Positions 56,865 through 64,000 of a DNA stretch of 64,000 nt are shown here, piece by piece (the first letter of the stretch is position 1; every line of letters starts with the position of its first letter). This DNA is from Octopus vulgaris. Taxonomy: Eukaryota. Where the stretch lies: the NCBI GenBank assembly GCA_951406725.2, contig OX597823.1, positions 57,288,001-57,352,000 on the forward strand, read 5' to 3'. Under the pieces are notes generated by a model, which did not search any database, had not been told where the DNA came from, and saw only the letters and a list, made by a program, of their open reading frames with translations. A program made the translations under genes and the position numbers.

Positions 56865-57462
56865 TATGGGTGTGTGTGTATGTGCGTGCGTTTTTGATGT
56901 AGATTGAACTTTGTATTGACTTCGACTTTCTGTTTCGCCTAATCGCTCGATCAAACTTCGTACCATTCGGCTAAGTTGGAAGTTCCGCTAGTTACAAATT
57001 CAATAATTGCAATTTGAATCATCGTTCCGCTGTGATACTGAACTATCTTTAAAATAATTCTTTCTATTACATACTCAAAGCCTGAAATTTTGGACGAGGT
57101 GTCAAGACAATTACATCAATACTTCCATGTTCAACTGGTACTTATACATTATCATGACTGAAAGTATAAAATGCATAGTCGACCTCAGCGTCATTTTAGC
57201 AACCATCTTGACAATAAGATCCTCAACTTATCACACACGCACACATACATGCGCACATACACACACGCGCATACAGACAAACACACGCACACACAGCTAC
57301 ACAAATACACATACGTGTGCATGTGTGACAGACATACACTCAGACACACACACACACACATACACAAATACTCAGACGTATACATACACACATATCTCTT
57401 TCAGCTGGTATTTCTACTGCTCTATCTGTCTCACACACACACACAAACACACGCACACACAC

Positions 57463-57597
57463 ATACACTTTATTAAAACGCAGTAAAAATTCACAAAAAC
57501 TGATACTCAGAGTTTCACGTCCTGTTCGACGAACAGGAACGTGAAAATTTGAGTAACAGGTTTTAAGATATTTTTCCTGCTTTTTAATAGAGTATAT
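57463..57597. mobile_element. Palindrome (~65 bp imperfect arms) centred on a hammerhead-like motif
   Basis: Centre CCTGTTC GAC GAACAGG; plus strand 57521-57560 reads CCTGT TCGACGA ACAGGAACGT GAAAA TTTGA GTA ACAGG. Confidence 0.7.
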
Positions 57598-57930
57598 TAC
57601 TCTACCCCTGGTTTTTGAGTACAATTTCCCACCTTGTTTCCCATTTATGTGCTTACTCAGGTATATATATATACTTATATTCACATGTATATATATACAT
57701 ATATACATATATATGTATATAAACACACACATAAAGACATAAACATATATATAAATATATATATATATGGAAAGATGTATAATTATAGGTATACCCATTT
57801 GGTGTTCAATGTCGGAAAATAAGTACTCAATCCCGTAATAATATATATTATTTTATCCGGATTATTATTTTACCATTCTTTCACTTGTCGGTGTACAAGG
57901 TCTTCAGGTAATTTATAGTTGAAAATAATC

Positions 57931-57965
<35 letters not shown>

Positions 57966-58084
57966 ATGTGTGTGTGTATGTGCGCGGGCGGGCGCGTGTG
58001 TGAAAGTGTGTGTGTATACACAATATATATATATATATTTATATATCTTTATATTCATATATATATATGTATATATATATATCT

Positions 58085-58152
<68 letters not shown>

Positions 58153-58650
58153 TATGTACTTGTTGACACCTGACAATGGTACACATTTCACTCGCAGTTT
58201 ACGTAACTGTGTTTAATAACTGTCTCAGCTTTATGAGTCGCGCTGTAATACGTTGGTAAATAGCAGGGAAATTTTACTAAAACCACGGACTGTCACCTAT
58301 TGTAAAAAAATGAATAAGAAAACAAAAGAAGAAAAAAAAGAAAAATGCCATTGCATCACGAGACCACACGGGAACACTGTCTTTCAAAGAAAACAAAAGC
58401 AAAACACAATGGTTCACTAGATTTAACTTTACAGTTACTCACACCCACACATACATACACAAACCCACACGCACAAACACACACGTATATATAAGAAAAG
58501 GTACAAATAATGGTCATTACACTTATTTACTCTATTAGAGTAAATTTGGCTTACAGCTGTTTCTAGTTGACATTGGTTTAGTGACCAGTTGAGAATATTG
58601 AACAACATAAGAAGAATAATGCTACTTTCGCTAGAGACATATCTTGTTTG

Positions 58651-58700
<50 letters not shown>

Positions 58701-58710
58701 ATATATGGTA

Positions 58711-58752
<42 letters not shown>

Positions 58753-58960
58753 TAGATATACATATACATACATGTATATATACATACATATATATATATG
58801 TGTGTGTGCGTATATATATATACATATATATACAAATATATATATATATACATATATATACAAATATATATATATATATATATATACATATATACATATG
58901 TACCATATATGTATGTATACGTATGTATAAGCATACACTTGCTCCAGGTGCCACAGAGGA

Positions 58961-59013
<53 letters not shown>

Positions 59014-59140
59014 AGACTGATTAATCTTATGCTCAACAAGTGCGGTATGATTTTTCAGAATAATCACAGAATAATTTTTCAGTCCATTATTTTTCAGAAT
59101 AATCACTGAAGTAATATGTGTATATACGTGTGTGTGTGTG

Positions 59141-59181
<41 letters not shown>

Positions 59182-59184
59182 TGA

Positions 59185-59227
<43 letters not shown>

Positions 59228-59337
59228 GAGAAATATGTGAATTTTGATCATAGAAAAAATTTACAAAAATGTTATAATGATATATTCTATGAATAAAACT
59301 GAGTGAATACTTATTCAGCTAACATTTTAGTTTTGTT

Positions 59338-59373
<36 letters not shown>

Positions 59374-59960
59374 AATACACAGGGTTAACAATGGCTTTAA
59401 TCACGACCGAAACCTCTTGTTAAACAGTTGCTCTTAACACCATTTTCGACACCCTTCAAAACGAGAAGCACGCTTCTCCACAAAATAACTGACAGTTTCT
59501 AGATTTCAGAGCCTATACATTTCGCTGTAGACTTACATAGACGAAAGAGGTACGGCGAAAAAAAGCGTCCTAGGCGGAGAAATGAGGATAGCTTTGAGAG
59601 AACCATGAAAAATCGCTCGTTTGTATCAATTTTCTAGTCTATTTAATCATGTAATTATACCTGCATCCCTCAAAATTACTTGAAATTAGGTGCAGTTAAT
59701 TTCAAGCGAAGGGGTGTACCGAGCGCCAAGCCTTTCTCAACCGTAGGAATTGTAACAAGCTGTTGAATCGGGGCAGGTAGATGAAAATAATAGGGATGAG
59801 CGATGGTCAAAGGTTGATGCTTTTTGACAAGATCAATTTTGCAGCCCTGTTAGAGGCCAAGGTTACTGCATATGGAAGTGGGATGGAGAGGCACAGAACA
59901 CTATCTTCAAATTCCGGCCGTCACAGTTGGTTATTCGTTGCCATGTAATATGTAGTTATT

Positions 59961-60178
59961 AAGGCAGCGAGCTGGCAGAATCGTTAGCACGCCAGGCGAA
60001 ATGCTTAGCAGTATTTCGTCTGCCGCTACGTTCTGAGTTCAAATTCCGCCTTTCATACTTTCGGGGTCGATAAATTAAGTACAAGTTACACACTGGTGTC
60101 GATATAATTGACTTAATCCGTTTGTCTGTCCTTGTTTGTCCCTTCTGTGTTTAGCCCCTTGTGGGTAGTAAAGAAATA
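59961..60178 (+). mobile_element. Family A SINE with 16-bp TSD
   Basis: GTAATAT(G/A)TAGTTATT at 59945-59960 and 60179-60194. Confidence 0.9.
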
Positions 60179-61017
60179 GTAATATATAGTTATTGTGCCG
60201 CTGAATTTTCTCAGAATCACAATGCGATTTTCATCATCAGTTTCCTAAACTACATCATAATAATATTTTAAAAAATATAATCTGGTGAAAATCTGGAAAT
60301 ATTTCAAGTGGTTGGAAAAAATTTAACAAGATGCTCGAACAATATAACGATGAATCGGCGCTCTGATTTACGAAGGTTTGACGACATCGGCAATGGAGGC
60401 TTTCGATTATTAAAACTGTATAGCTTTATATGCTGGTAATTTCTTTATAACTAATTTCTAGAAACGAAAAAACAAACAAACAAACAAAAACAAAAAAGAC
60501 GAAAAAAAAGCAAAAAAGAAACCGAAAGCGGTATTCGCTTTCAGCATAAAAAACTACATTAAAATTTCATTAAAAGATATAATATGGTGAAAATTTAAAA
60601 TAGTTCGAGTGGTTGGAAGAAATTCAACAAGTTCTACTCGATTCTAATGATATATGTTTAGTCCAGTAATACATTTTAATATTGTGAGACGTTAGATTAT
60701 TTAGTGGTCTCTGCATAGAAACCATAAACATTTACTTATATTATTAACAAAGTACTCAGACTAAATCTGTTATGATTTAATGAACCTAGCAAAATTGAAA
60801 TATTTTCGTTCTGAATTAAATATTCAATTTTTAAGTTATATACAAATTGCCTGAGACGCAACTGTCTATCCGAGAGTATGTTTGTAAATTTTTGTTCGTG
60901 TATGTCGAAGAAGGAGGGAGAAAATAAGGTGGAGGGAGAGAGAAATGCAGAGAGAGAGAGAGAGAGAGAAATTGAAACTCAGCAGTAATATCGTATTTCA
61001 GTGTAAAGTGTTAGATG

Positions 61018-61323
61018 TTTTTTTGTTCCCCCCTCGCGCCATGTCTGGCTCATTAGGGCCGGTTTCCCGGGTTCATTGGCGTATAGGTTCCCCACCTGGA
61101 CGGGACGCCGGTCCGTCGCAGGTGATCTGCAAGATGTAGGAGGAAAGAGTGAGAGAAAGTTGTGGCGAAAGAGTCAGTAGAAGTTCGCCATTACCTTCTG
61201 CCGGAGCCGCGTGGAGCTTAGGTGATTTGCTCATAAACATACACATCGCCCGTTCTGAGATTCGAACCCGCGATCCTTCGACAGTGAGTCCTCTGCTCTA
61301 ACCACTAGCCCATGTGCCTCCAC
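61018..61323 (-). mobile_element. tRNA-derived SINE (V-domain-like) with perfect 14-bp TSD
   Basis: A-box GGCTAGTGGTTAGAGC, B-box GGTTCGAATC, CCTGCGACGGACCGGCGTCCCGTCCAGG; TAAAGTGTTAGATG at 61004-61017 and 61324-61337. Confidence 0.92.
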
Positions 61324-63452
61324 TAAAGTGTTAGATGCGAGGTTGTGCACTGCCCTGCTCTCACCCTTCATCTCCGTCATACTTTTGATGTTGAACTCTG
61401 GATGATCCCATCTCGGCGAGACAGTCATCGGCGAGACTGTCATGGTAACGAAATTTTTGTTGGGAAGCCCAATATACGCTTAAGCAACATGTATTGACAC
61501 TTTGATTTTCATCTCCTTTTCATGAACACACACACGCGCGCGCGCATGCGCACACAGACAGAGACAAGCAGACCGACACACACACACGTAGACACAGACA
61601 TTTTCATTAAATCCGCTATGCGCACAAAAGCGATGTGTGATACTGAGTGTGTTTTTTTTCTTCTGATGATTAGCTTCAGATCAATCTTGATATAGCAGAC
61701 CTATGATCAAAAGCGTTCCACCTCTAATTATCCCATCCGTCATAGCTATGTCTACATTACCCAGAGTATCCTCCTCTTCTTTTTAAGATGGTGGGATGTA
61801 CTTCTATGATATTTGGCTGCCATTTCTAGCAGATCGAACGAGTAGGTATAGACTCCTTCTCTGACACGTGCATGTGTATGTATGTATGTACGTATGACTG
61901 TGTGTATGTGTGATTGTGTGGGTATGTGAGTGGCTGCGAATCTGGGTGGCGTATGTTCCTTGGTAGAAATTAGTTAGAAAATATACATGCTCCTTAACGT
62001 TTGAACATTATTATTGTGAAGGCAGATATCCTGTCAAATTATACTCTGTCGCCTTAAAGAGGATTAGGTAGTCCTGCATCATTTTCTAGAGGTTCTTCTA
62101 TGTTCTTATAAGGGGCAGCAACCGACGCAAAGATATAGTATGCATTGAAAGTTAGCAGCTAAAGAAATATTTGGTGACGTCATAAGAATTTGTAAACTTT
62201 GAGGGAATGTGAACTAATCCTTCTTTCAAACGGAGGATCTCGAAGCAGATAAAGCTATAAATAATAGCGTGCAAATACCGAATAAAGGCAGCCTTCGACT
62301 TTTTCTATTCAAAGTGGTGTTTTTAAATCCAACATTTAGACACTGTTATTTATAGTTCTTTGTGCTTCGAGATCTACCGTTCCAATAAATAAAATAGTGT
62401 TAGAATCTTAAGGTAACTTGTGGATTCTAATGTTCATGAATTAAGTAGACTTTGGTTTGGTGCATTACTGGTACTCTGTCATTCTCGATGATAAACGTTC
62501 CAGTTGATCGAATCAACAGAACAGCCTGCTCTTGAAATTAACGTGCAAGTGGCTGAGCACTCCTCCTTAACGTAGTTCTTAGTGAGATCAGCATGACACA
62601 AAATGTGACAAGGCTGGCCATTTGAATTACGGGTACTACTCGTTTTTGCCAGCTGAGTGGACTGGAGCAACGTGAACTAAAGCATCGTGATCAAGGACAC
62701 AACGCGCCGCCAGAAATCGAACTCAGGACTTTACGAGCCAAATACCCAAAATCACTAAGCCGCCCGCCTTCACTCAACGATCACATAACATCTTCCGTGA
62801 TATCTTATGCTGATTGTATCGCTTCTTCATATTATTATTTTATATTTGATTTATTTTTTCTGGATATATATTTTTACTTGTTTTCTTTGCATAGCACGGT
62901 TAGATTTAACATTAATCTTATCAGTAATCTTCCCAGATTTATATCATTCTCAATATTACATAAATAATTATATATCTATTGTAATTTCTGGGTAACATCA
63001 TTTGAGCTTACAGTCACCTCTACCACCAGTGTAAACTATATTTAATTACAATTTAATTACCAGTTGCGTTAACGACCATTAAATTACCTTAATTTTAAAA
63101 AAAATATATGTTTTTTCTAACACTTTTATATCTACATGAAAATATCTATCAACCACTTAATGTATAATTACATAAAATCTCTTACTGTTGTTTTAGTTTT
63201 AAAGTTAAATTTCGAGGTAATTTTATAGACACCACTTTCAATCATGAATTGCACCTCCACCCCGCCCCGCCCCGAATCAACATAGTTATCGCCTCTAGGA
63301 TTTAAATCTTCATTGTTGTACAAAGTAACTACGAATTTATCTCTTCCGTTCTAAAACACTGGTCTTTTCAAACAAAATTTATGATACACTTCTACTTTAC
63401 ACTACTGCAAATCACTAATTCTGTTTAGTATTATCATTGACACGTTTTATTG

Positions 63453-63508
<56 letters not shown>

Positions 63509-64000
63509 CTTTCAGCTTCTCTAGCTGTTTGTATGGTGCAAGACCATTTCCAAAAATTACTAGTTGTGAGCTTCGAATACTTTAGAGAGATTTTAAACCT
63601 AAACTCTTTACTTCATTAATATTTAGTAGTCATAAACCAAACGTACCTATTTGCCTTATATCCTTTTCTTCCAGTCTATATGAATGTATCTCTATACATT
63701 TTAGTTCCAAATCTGACAATGTTTTACTATCCTTTACCATATCATCTCCATTCTGTGAATCTTATAACTACTTATCTTCCCAGAAGAAAACCTTACATTT
63801 TATAAGAGTGTAAACAGTTTTTTAAATGAATGATATTCTTTAATACGTGAATTGAGAAATGAGGAAAGCTTCTGAAAATGCAGAAAGTTCTAAAGATATT
63901 TAAGGCACAAAGGATTATCTTCAGAAAGATATAGTCAAAATTGTTTCAATATCTTTAAAGTATCAATTTTCCTAAAGTATTTTTGCAGTCTACTTCATTG

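Overview
AT-rich animal genomic DNA, most consistent with an octopus (coleoid cephalopod); this is inferred from the extreme microsatellite load and the tRNA-derived SINE families. No intact protein-coding exon could be supported, and nearly all listed ORFs are translations of simple repeats. The window contains: a deleted mariner transposase, mariner MITE ends, non-autonomous Helitrons, remnants of CR1-like, RTE-like and REL-endonuclease LINEs, dozens of SINE copies from about three families (several with clean TSDs), and a 3 x ~485 bp tandem repeat. A SINE-free, CpG-richer island at ~15.9-19.5 kb looks like a promoter plus long first exon ending at a GTGAGT donor, so much of the rest may be intron. 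The most interesting signal is a set of short fold-back (inverted-duplicated) elements, mostly in (TA)n tracts, carrying minimal type I hammerhead ribozyme motifs of the Penelope type. One is TSD-bounded and has a tRNA-like Pol III head at the hairpin centre, and several motifs share non-canonical core substitutions (U4C; U3-A8). All coordinates were read by eye and repeat boundaries are approximate.
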